A DNA stretch of 63,858 bases, filler included, from Reclinomonas americana ATCC 50394 (lineage: Eukaryota), in assembly GCA_048213135.1 (NCBI GenBank). It is 7 parts of 3 records of this genome, joined end to end, with 100 filler letters (N's around TTAATTAATTAA, not from the genome) between each part and the next. Parts side by side here need not be neighbours in the genome. Positions count along the whole stretch, not along the records: positions 1 to 18,951 come from PS015215.1; positions 19,052 to 26,028 come from PS015215.1; 5 more parts are not named here. One strand, given 5' to 3'. The notes under the pieces were generated by a model. The model searched no databases. It was not told where the DNA came from and was given only the letters and a program-made list of their open reading frames with translations. Position numbers and translations under genes: made by a program. This document shows, one piece after another, positions 15,246-26,028 of this stretch. The first letter of the stretch is position 1. Each line of letters starts with the position of its first letter.

Positions 15246-16211
15246 GTACTACGACGACGACGACGACGACGGNNNNNNNNNNNNNNNNNNNNNNNNNNNN
15301 NNNNNNNNNNNNNNNNNNNNNNNNNNNNNNNNNNNNNNNNNNNNNNNNNNNNNNNNNNNNNNNNNNNNNNNNNNNNNNNNNNNNNNNNNNNNNNNNNNNN
15401 NNNNNNNNNNNNNNNNNNNNNNNNNNNNNNNNNNNNNNNNNNNNNNNNNNNNNNNNNNNNNNNNNNNNNNNNNNNNNNNNNNNNNNNNNNNNNNNNNNNN
15501 NNNNNNNNNNNNNNNNNNNNNNNNNNNNNNNNNNNNNNNNNNNNNNNNNNNNNNNNNNNNNNNNNNNNNNNNNNNNNNNNNNNNNNNNNNNNNNNNNNNN
15601 NNNNNNNNNNNNNNNNNNNNNNNNNNNNNNNNNNNNNNNNNNNNNNNNNNNNNNNNNNNNNNNNNNNNNNNNNNNNNNNNNNNNNNNNNNNNNNNNNNNN
15701 NNNNNNNNNNNNNNNNNNNNNNNNNNNNNNNNNNNNNNNNNNNNNNNNNNNNNNNNNNNNNNNNNNNNNNNNNNNNNNNNNNNNNNNNNNNNNNNNNNNN
15801 NNNNNNNNNNNNNNNNNNNNNNNNNNNNNNNNNNNNNNNNNNNNNNNNNNNNNNNNNNNNNNNNNNNNNNNNNNNNNNNNNNNNNNNNNNNNNNNNNNNN
15901 NNNNNNNNNNNNNNNNNNNNNNNNNNNNNNNNNNNNNNNNNNNNNNNNNNNNNNNNNNNNNNNNNNNNNNNNNNNNNNNNNNNNNNNNNNNNNNNNNNNN
16001 NNNNNNNNNNNNNNNNNNNNNNNNNNNNNNNNNNNNNNNNNNNNNNNNNNNNNNNNNNNNNNNNNNNNNNNNNNNNNNNNNNNNNNNNNTAAGTACGTAA
16101 CGTACGTACTACGTACTACTACCTACTCTACCTTACTACTCCTACCTTCTACCTACTACCTCCTACCTACCTACCTACCTACCTACCACCACCACACACA
16201 CACACACACTA

Positions 16212-16291
<80 letters not shown>

Positions 16292-16794
16292 GCACGCAAC
16301 TCTCAGTCACCGTGATTGACACATCTTGCTGCCCGCTCCCGCCTGCATAGATCGCTCGCACCGTGCACGTCAGAGTCCCAGAGGCCGCCGACGTGTTATC
16401 TATGAGCACTTGCGCGGTGCCGTCTCCATTGTCGGTCAACGTCAGAGAGTTGGTCGGGGACACGTTCCTGATGGTGATGCTGTTGGGAAGCGGGTTGTCG
16501 GTGTCGCTGTTGGTGAAGGTCACCGTGCACATCAGGTCGCCCGAGGTCAACGAGCTCGCTGTATTTCGTTCATCATCATCAGCTGCAGAGTTGGCGAATG
16601 TGTGTTCGAATTGGTTCTTTTGCGTAACGTGGAGCGTGCGCAGGCGAGGTGGGCGATACAGAGACGGAGATGGTGGCCTCGGCCGCGTGCAGGGTGCTGG
16701 TCCACGCCACCACCGCTGCCATGACAACAATCAGGGTCGCCAACTGCTGTTGCCGCCCATGTCTCTTCCGAGGCCAAGTGCACCACTCCAGCAT
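1..16794 (-). CDS. Giant secreted/surface adhesin-like protein: signal peptide, ~19 cadherin-like domains (alternating A/B types), NHL-repeat blocks, Cys-containing beta-sandwich domains; multi-exon, appears to continue past the window start, spans N gaps
   Basis: ATG at 16794 gives MLEWCTWPRKRHGRQQQLATLIVVMAAVVAWTSTLHAAEA (hydrophobic signal). Repeats of N.APT...GTLSSTD.N..QT..Y....F.I.G..L...V.ATD.G lie at ~7680-15090. NHL motifs: VTTYAGTAGVAG..ATFNSPSGLDVSG.SLYVADTNNNSIRQV (~6860-7090) and SVAGTYGTAG..AQFSQPTAM..LYVADVGSGSIRRV (~4980-5260). Exons join via GT-AG introns (one GC-AG). Exon structure below ~4500 was only partly traced. Confidence 0.8.
15156..15271. repeat. Compound (TC)n/(CA)n/(GAC)n microsatellite at gap edge
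   Basis: Directly visible simple repeats. Confidence 0.9.
16091..16291. repeat. Degenerate (CTAC)n plus (CA)n/(TC)n microsatellite
   Basis: Directly visible simple repeats. Confidence 0.85.
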
Positions 16795-17755
16795 TGTGCG
16801 CAGCGAAGCAGGGTGGTGCGCGCGCACACACACACACGCACAAGGGAAGGGAATTCTACGGGTGGCGGCGGAGAGGAGAGTGAAAAGCGCAGTACTAGTG
16901 TTTGTCCGATTTGCCTGCGACGGAGATATCGCTCGCAATGCGCGCCATCTGAATCCGCTTCCGTAGTCAATTTCCGTTCCTCCATCCACGACCGAGCGAG
17001 GCTGCCTCTGAGTCTGCGCTCATTTTCTTCACCACTCAGTTCTGCAGGCCATGGTGAGGGCACACACCTCGAGTGAAATCGATTGTTTCGTCTCATTTAT
17101 GCCGCGCCTTCACCTCACGGCGAGTGGGACTGCGCACAAGTCTGCCCAACGGACACTCTCCGTACACTGGAGACAGTCTGTGGAAGAACCGTGGGGCTGC
17201 GGGTGGACACGACAACAAAAATTTGCAGGACTGACCGTTACTCATTGTGCAGATTCGAGTTCCCGCGCGTCGCGCCACCACAGCACTCCCCTCGTCGTTG
17301 CGCGACAGGGGGCCCTGCTCATCCACATGCGCATGCACACACGCGCACACATCGATGCTTGAACAGTGCTCTCGCCGAGGACACACCGCGCAAGCCGAAC
17401 AAGCTGGACCGTTACAGTATGTTTTGTCGGTGAGAAAAGCGTGCCACAGCGAGCTTTCTGCGCGTCGCCCGCATGCACTTCTGGGTGGCACGTGTGTGGA
17501 GTGCGAACAGCGCTGCGCCACACCCCTCAGGAAGTCACCACAGTGCCCAGAACGCCGATTCTTCCTGCATGATCCGAGTTGACCGTTGCCGGAAGACGTT
17601 ACTCGATTTTGTGTTTTCCGACGAGCAGGCGCATATCGTCTTTTTTCCTTCGATTCTTGCGCACAGACAACGCACCTCCCCTCTATCACTTTTTGTTGCT
17701 TTCGCCTTGCTGCATCACCCCCTTGCTCCTCCTCCCTCCCTCCCCAATCACCGAC

Positions 17756-18944
17756 ATGCGCTCGTTCATTGTCCTCGCTGCCCTCTTCTTCCTCGGCCTC
17801 GTTGCCGTGTGCGCTGCTTCCTCAGCTGAGGAGTCAGGTGAGCAGTGTGACGTGCACGCGCGCCAGACACACCCGCACACCCCGCCCCACCCCTCCCCAC
17901 TCGCTGACCCCACTCGTGTGTGTCTTTATTTCCTTGTCGTCGATGCCTGCAGAGTATGAACTCACCGATGAAGGTGCGTGCTCCCGACCGTTACTTTGCC
18001 TCCTGCATTCAAAAAGGCACTCACCTGTGTGTGTCTCTCACCCACAGAGTTCGCCAACTTGATGCGATGTTGCGACGCGCTGCATGAACACACACACGCC
18101 TCGTGAAATCACCTCGTCGTCTCACCTCGTCGTCGTTTGCGTACATACAGTTGCCCAGTTCGACTCCTTTGCGGAGGACTGTTGCGTCTTTCCCCCACTT
18201 TTCCCGCCACACACAAACACGCTATGCATCCATGCATCCAACCCCACTCACATTACTTTGTGTGCCGCGCAGCATACGATGACACCGAGTCTCAGCTGCA
18301 AGCTCAGGAGGCCGCCAACAAGCAAAGCGCTGCCCTGCTGCTGTCCTTCAACCTGTCGACTGAGAAGTGCTGCGGTGCTCGTGGCTCTGTCGGCTACTGG
18401 TTCCAGAAGCTGCTGGACGCCCGCGCGTTGCGTCTCCATTTGCCGACCGTGCTCGTCGGAAGTTTGTGTCCTCACTCTCTGTGCTCTCCATGCAGCGCTC
18501 TGATCGCCGCCACCCGCAACCTGGTGGCCGACAACAAGGCCATTGATGCTCTGAACGCTGCCGTGGCCTCGCAGACCGCCCAGTGCCAGCAGTACCCGTA
18601 CGACACTGTTTCGTTCGACTTGCTCCATTTTTCTATCCAGTTTGCTCGCCTACCTTTGACTTACGATTATTCCCCACCTTCTCGTGTCGTGCAGACCTGC
18701 GCTGCTAAGCTGGCCGCCATCAAGAACGACCTGGCTGCCGCCACCGCCAAGCGCGATGCCGACCAGAAGTCGATCAATGAGTTGCGCCACGGAAATGAGA
18801 TGATATCACCCCATCTCTGTCTCTGCCTTGCTGACTTTGGTGGTGTGAACGCGCGCACACAGCATCAACGGCCAGATTGGCTCGATCACTGGCGACCTGA
18901 ACTACTGGACAGGCCTGGTGCAGACGCAATGCATCAGCAAGTAA
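17756..18944 (+). CDS. Small secreted protein (~195 aa, 8 exons): signal peptide, acidic N-terminal region, helical body with Cys residues
   Basis: MRSFIVLAALFFLGLVAVCAASS signal peptide. Spliced product SAEESEYELTDEEFANLMRFAQFDSFAEDSYDDTESQLQAQEAANKQ...EKCCGARG...TAQCQQYPYDTTCAAKLAAIKNDL...YWTGLVQTQCISK*, all introns GT-AG with consistent phases. Confidence 0.75.
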
Positions 18945-19051
18945 TTCTGCGNNNNNNNNNNNNNNNNNNNNNNNNNNNNNNNNNNNNNNNNNNNNTTAAT
19001 TAATTAANNNNNNNNNNNNNNNNNNNNNNNNNNNNNNNNNNNNNNNNNNNN

Positions 19052-19173
<122 letters not shown>

Positions 19174-19177
19174 ACAG

Positions 19178-19385
19178 CGGCCTCGTCTCGCGATGGCACA
19201 CGGTACTTTGTGATCACACTGACCTGCTTGAACTCACAATGGACATCAAGAAGGGTCAGCAAATACTCCCTCACACAAAGAGAGAAGACGCGGATGTCAC
19301 TCACTCTCACTCTCTCTCTCTCACTCCCACACACACACAGCGATATAGCGAGTTTGAGGCGCTGCTTGAGAAACTTAAGGTTTGT

Positions 19386-19421
<36 letters not shown>

Positions 19422-22400
19422 ATGTGTGTGTGTGTATGTGTGTGTGTGTGAGTGAGTGTGTGTGTATCGGTTGGTCTCTGACGATTCATCACACTCACTC
19501 TTGGTACTCTCTCTCTCTCTCCCTCCCTCTCTCTCTCTCCCTCTCAGGCACAACACGCGGCATTTTTGGCCGACCATCCACCACAGAACGACGCTCAACT
19601 GGTGAGACTGCTTTTTTCCTCCCACTTTCCTCCCTTTTTTCTCATTGTGGAGTAGTCACCGGAGAGTCGACGACTGATGGCCGAGGCGCGCGTGTTTGCC
19701 TTCCCGCCCTTCCCACCCAAGACGTGGTTTACTCCGTCGGAGGCCGAGGTGCAAGAGCGACGTGCCAAGTTCGATGCGCTGCTGCGTGCGGTGCAGACGC
19801 AGCCGCACTTGGCCAACAGCCCCGATTTGATGGTGTTTCTCGAAGTCAATGTTGCGTGCTTGGTGGTGGTGAGGCTCAGAGCGCGCGGTGAGGAATGTGT
19901 GATGATGGGCTGGTGCAGGAGAGTCCGGTGGCGCATCTGTTGCGCATTGCACCGAGTCCGTTCCCGGAGGAGGAACAAATTCGTCGCAAGAAAACGTGAG
20001 CGCATTTTCCATCTCGATCTCTCTGTGGAACGTCACCACCTTACGTGCGCACGCTGGTAGGATTGTGCGCCGTCGGCTGCAAAAGTCGCTGGCTGAGTTG
20101 CAGAATGGCACGCTGATGGCGTCGTCGATCATGGCGGGAGGGTCGTCGATGAGCATGTCGCAGAGCGTCATGTTTCCGGTTGATGCGCAGGAGCGCTTTG
20201 CCGCCGCGTTTATGAAGACCGAAAAAGTGAGTGGCGTTGCGATTCCTCGCCATCGCAAGCGTGGCTGACTTGGTGTGCACCGAACAGCTCAAGTCGAGGC
20301 TGCGCCGCCTCCAAAAACGCGGCGATAGTTTCCTCTGTGAATTGGTCGCCTTCAGTCCCGCACCACCAGCAGGCATGTTGTTTAATGTCGCGCTGTTCCT
20401 CACGTTGTTTTTTTTGGCTGACACACGCATGCAGAGGAAATCAACAAGACGCGTCACTTGGTGCGGCGCATCGACCCGTCGCAGCACAGTTTTGTGATCT
20501 CGGTGTACGACGGATGCATTCTGTGTCGCGTCTACCACCCGCAGCGAGTGGACATGCTGGCCGATCGCGCGGTGATTCAGCACGTGTTGGACACTCCCAA
20601 CGAGATTGTCACGCTCCCGTCGGGCACTGGCGAGCCGTCAGCATCGGCTCTCATGATCTCCACCATTCGTGTCACCAGCGGCGGCCGACAGACTGCTGGT
20701 GCGACGGCAACGACGGCAGCGGCGGGTGCTCACCCTCTTGCCGACGATGATTGGCCGTTTGACGATGAGGACGAGGACGACGAGGACGATGGCAAGGGTG
20801 GTGGACCATCGCGGAGCACCCTAATGTCGTCGGATTTCGAGCCAGTGGAGGATTCGACCGAGGTCACACCGACTCCTGCTACTGCTGCTGCTGGTGCTGC
20901 TGCTGATGGAACCGGTGCTGCGTCGGCGGCGGCGAGCAAGGCAAACGACGATGACGACGAGTGGCAAGTGGTGGACGAGGCGGCCGTGGTGATGGTACCG
21001 AGCGCGCCGGCGAGTTTGGCCACCGTGCCGCTCGATCAGTCGGCGGTGGTGCAGACGGGCACCTATTCGATTCACCTCAATCCGCACCCGTCACGAGGTA
21101 CGATGACGATTGCTTTTATCTTGCCTTCTTGTGTCATGTGCGTCGCTGATGCACGATGCGCAGCGGTGGCTCGACCGGGTGAAGAGGCTCTCTCGCCGCG
21201 ACGCGTGCGAGCTGTTTTCGACTTTAACCGGTGTCCCATGCCCAAGTTCTGGTTGTTCCTGGACCAGTTGTTGAATGTGAGCAAGGAGCGATGTGAGCTG
21301 CGCGCACAGAGGAGAGGCGATGTGCCGGGGGGAACGTCGCGAGTGTCCATTGAGTGGATTCCGCTGTCGCTGCCGCCGCTCTCGCAAGTCCTCGCCCCGC
21401 TCTCCGACGGCTCCGTGACGCACTCGAGTTGCGTTCTGCCGGTCGTGCAGATATAGTCGTTTTGTGCGCTTACCGCCTATGATACACGAAGTCGTGTTGG
21501 TGACCGACGACCATCCGATCGACACGGTTGGTCATCTTGTCTTCCCCTCTTTGCTCTGAAGTCAACTCATGTGTGCCTTGTAGTGGATCATGACGCTGGA
21601 GACGCTGTCCGGAGGCGAGCTAGTCGACACCATGCGCTTCATGCGTGAAGAGCAGCGGGATCGCTACTGGAATGGTGAGTTGTTTTGCCCCCTTCCTGTT
21701 TCGTGCCATCGTCGCTCCTCATCCGTCATCGCGGTTCAGTGATCGACACGTTGCGCGACATGGAGGGTAAGCACGTCTGCGTTGCACCACTTCTGATGTC
21801 GTGACTACTCACAATTGTGTGTGCAGCATTGCGGAGCTCCAAGTGCAACCTGGAGAGCGCGCGTCACCAAAGCCTCCTCGAGGACCTCTTTGAGGCGGTG
21901 TTCCCGGACGAATTGTTGACGTCGATGTACAATCCCAAGTGGAAGGTTCTGGGTTTCCAGGTACGTCGCGCCATATCGTGCATGAAGAAGGAACAGGATT
22001 AGCTCCGCACCAACACCATGTGATTTCGTGTTGCAGAATGCCAACGTGGCACGCGATTTTGAGACGTGCGGCGTCCTTGGTCTGCACCAGCTGGTGAAAT
22101 TCGTGAAGCGGTACCCGGAGTTGACGCAGCAGATGATCAAGCAGCACCATCGGTACAGCATTGTGCAAGCCAGCACTCATGTTGCGTCTCGCAGTTGGAA
22201 CGCTGCATGTGGCCAGCTGGCTGACAACGTAAATACTGTCGCAGATCACGGTGCTCCTCTGCAACTTGGTCGGCATCTCGGCTGGTGAGTCTCGCGCGCT
22301 TTCTTTCCCTTTTCGCATCGTGCCCATTTCCTGCTTGTCCATGTGCACAGAAATCTACCAGTACGAGTCGGGCGCACGGTTGCGCGACGGCAGCTTCAGC

Positions 22401-23378
22401 GCGCTGCAAGACACGATTCGCGGCAATGCCATGTTCTCGTTCCTCGTGCGTGGCTCGCGTAACGTGACGGTCACCGATCTGTTCCACGAGATGCATGCGG
22501 CGATGCTGCATTGCGTGCACGTGCACACGGTGGAGCACAGCCAGATTTCGTTCTTTGACGGCTTGCGTTCGGCGGCGCGTCTGTTGGTCGACGCCATTTG
22601 CCCTCCCGACCAGACCGTGGTCGCCAAGCTGCCGGTGGCCACCCTCGGCGCCTTGCGCGTCGAACTCGGTCTCTCGGCCGATCCCAGTCCAGCCGTGATT
22701 GTGCCCTCGGACTCGGTGACGAGCGCGTCTGGCCTGACGCTCTCGGAGGACGATGTCGCCGAACTGCTGTCGGATGACATTCGACACAGCCGCAATTCGA
22801 CGCTGGCTGTCGAGGCCGAGTGGGCTGCCTTGGTCGCCTCTCGAGGCCAGGCCGCGATGGCAGCCGCCGCATTGGCAGCATCGGCATCGGCCTCAGGAGC
22901 AGTGGCACCCCCGCCACCAGCAGGTGCAGCAGCAGCGACAGCCGCAGCGGCGACAACCACTGAACCTGTCGGAGACGACGTCGACGCCGCTGGTGATGAC
23001 GACGACGACGCCGGCAGCTTCCAGTCGCTGGAGGAGCCCGACGAGGAAGAGAGTGCAGCCGCCGCCGTGGCCACGGCCGTGGCTGCCGCGGCTGCGGTCG
23101 CCCTCTCCTCCTCGCTCTCCTCCTCATCCTCCGCCTCTGCTGCCGCCGTGTCCGCCACGGCTTCACTGGAGCCGTCGCACTCGGGCGCCTACTCGCCATC
23201 ACCACTGCCACCGCTCTCCGATGAAGACGTCTCGCGCTGGTCAGCCATTCCCCCTCCACCTCCACAACCCTCATCCACCACCACAACCGCGACTCGCCCA
23301 CCACTGCCAATTCACATTGTGGCCGCCACCCCGCTCGACGAGTCCTTTGGCTCACAAAGCACGGATAGCGAATGGTAA
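19178..23378 (+). CDS. PX-domain + ELMO/CED-12-domain protein (5' end lost in gap)
   Basis: PX motifs SQWTSRR|RYSEFEALLEKLK ... FPPFPPKTWF...VQERRAKFDALLRAV...SPDLMVFLE. ELMO signature HQSLLEDLFEAVFP...KWKVLGFQ|NANVARDFETCGVLGLHQLVKFVKRYP. Low-complexity A/D/S/P tail; TAA at 23376-23378. Confidence 0.8.
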
Positions 23379-23542
23379 ATTTCTCTCTCTTTCGGCCTCT
23401 CTCAAGTGCAGTAGTAAACAAGTTCAACATAGTCTTTGGAGCAAAGCATCCCGGATGTGAGCTTACCTGCTTGACTGCAATCGGTATTGCATTGGCCGAT
23501 GTTCGGGTTTAGTAATTGTGCGTGTGTTAGAGAGGGAGACTC

Positions 23543-24009
23543 ATGGCACTCGGGGGCCACCAACTCCCCGCGGTCGAGTTCCTCAACTATGGCGACGCAG
23601 TGACACTGCGTTGTGTGGTCACCGGCCTCATTGTGTGTGAAGGGTGAGCTGTGTGTGACAGTCGCTCTCCTTCCACTCTCTCTCACACTGATGCACGCAC
23701 AGCACACACTCTGTGCGACTCGGCGTGGAGCCCAACAACACGCAGCACCCTCCGCCTTCATTCGCAGGTGCGAGAGAGAGAGAGAGAGACAGTCACACAG
23801 TGTGTGCGTGAGAGTACGAGAGAGAGACTCACTGTGTTGCCACTCAGATTCGTGCTTTGTGGTGTGCCCTCTGCAGCCGGTGACTGCGCAAGAGCGCATG
23901 CAGTCGGCACTGGAGGCGCTCAGTGTGGAGGAGTTCGATCCAGAACTGCCACCGCACACACTGCGCGCGGAGGAACTGCTGCGACTCACACAATTGCATG
24001 TTGCGTCTC

Positions 24010-24040
<31 letters not shown>

Positions 24041-25961
24041 AGGCAGTCAAGCAGTGTGCTGACAGTGGTGGGGGGTGTGTCGCGCAGAAAGAGGCCGAGG
24101 ATGAGCGTCTGCGCAATCGGGAAGACGAGGCGCGGTGAGTCAATGGATTCTGTGATGTGATCATTCTTCTTTTGCTCATGCATGTCATCAGTGGTGCGGG
24201 TCGTGTGGTCAAGTATGGTGATATCGTCATGGTGTGTCGTCTCTCATGGCTCCGCCTGTGACGGCCTTGATTGCTGAGTGTCGAGAATGTGTGCGTGTAG
24301 CTTCGACATTTGCGATCTGAGGGATACATTACGATGTTGCGGAACCACTCGGAGACGGAAGCGCAGTGCTCGATGGTGCGTTTGCAGCAGTACTGTCACA
24401 CCGACAGTGGGTTTGTGCTGGAGCCGTCGGCGAAGCGGCGCGCAGAGGGCGACAAGGTGCGTTTCAACGATGCCAGTGACTGCAGTTTGTGTGCTCATGC
24501 CACGCAGGTTCGCATCGGTGACCCGTTGGTGCTGCTGAATTCGCGCACTCGGCTCGCTCTTCACGTATCGACGTCGTACATGGCGCGGGGTTCGTGCAGG
24601 CATGCTCTGCACGGTGACTCGCGTGCAACTGCGCTCACTATTCTGGTGCAGACAAACGACTGGAGGTCAACGCCTCCATTACGGCCACGACGTTCCTTCT
24701 CAGCCGCTACGACACCTTCCATTGGATGCGTCTGATCAACTCGGCTGGCACGGATCAGAAGCACCTGCGTTTTGGTGTGTGTGCGGGGGTGGCGCTGTCA
24801 TTTCCATGCTTCTACTGATCTCGTCGTCACGCTGCAGGCTCTGTCGTCACCCTCACGCATCCCGACATGGCCGCCCGCATGTGTATTCGCAGCTTCCGTG
24901 GCCGCCCACGAGGTGCGTGCCACTTGCTTGTTTGCCATCATCATGCCCCCTTTCTCACTTTATTCCGCCCAGCTTACGCACGACCCATCAATCCAGCTGG
25001 TGGTAGTGTGTCGAGTGCGGAGATGCTGGTCATTGAGCGGCAGGTGCAGTGTGTGTATGTACGAGAGAGAGAGAGAAAGGCGCGGCGATTCACGTTCGTG
25101 CGGTGTGGCACAGGATTGTACCAAGGGTGGACCGCTTACTTACGGCGCTCGCCTCCGACTTCGCCAATTCGCTGGCTCTGTGTTTCTGGCCGCCTCCCGT
25201 CGTGGCCCGCCGCGGCAGTCGTCGATTCTGCGTCACAGTGCGTCAGCTGTGTGCGATTGTTGTTTCGCTTTCTCTCGCACATGCGCTCAATATCTCCCTG
25301 TACAGACTTGGAGTTGCTCTCGCGTCAAGGTGCAAAGTCGCTGCCCGTTCGCCTACTGTGTACGTGCACTCCTCTCAACTCTCTCCGTGTGTGTGCGTGT
25401 GCAGGTTTGGCGGGGTACACCACGCGCGAACAATTTCGTCCGGCACACCAAGTGGAAGACGACGACGACGACGACGACGATGGAGTAGATGGTGGTGACG
25501 ACGAACATGACGCGGAATCGTTCGAGCCCGGCTCTGTTGTGGTCGAGAATCCACTGCAAGGCCGGCAACCGCCTCACCTCCTGCCAGCCCCTCTGGTACC
25601 GGTGGCGGCCGCCGCCCCTCGTGTCGTTCCTGGCCGAGCTGCTGTATTGCAGTTCTATCTCACCCCCGACCGGTATGACTGATTTGCGCGCCTCGTGCAT
25701 GCCGTCACATTGCCCACACTGTGTGCGCGTCTGTGGCAGCAATGATCCGGCCACGCTCTTCGAGTTTGGAGAGGGCGAGAGTCACCGAGATGGCGGCACG
25801 GACATTGAGGTACCCGCCGTTAAGGGTGAAGTCATTCTTTACAGCGTGCACTGTGATGCGTTTGTGGCATTGAGCCAACAAAGTATGGCGGAGACCGAAG
25901 TGCCGGGAGACGCACAGCCTCGCGCCAGCTCATTCGATGATCCAGCTCACACGTGCTTCTC

Positions 25962-26028
<67 letters not shown>

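Noticed and set aside
14748-16315. Long ORFs crossing N runs (also 36396-38805)
   Set aside because: Their length comes from unknown bases and microsatellites.
16800-17755. Several 100-200 aa ORFs in the divergent interval
   Set aside because: No coherent exon structure or motifs; consistent with promoter/UTR DNA.
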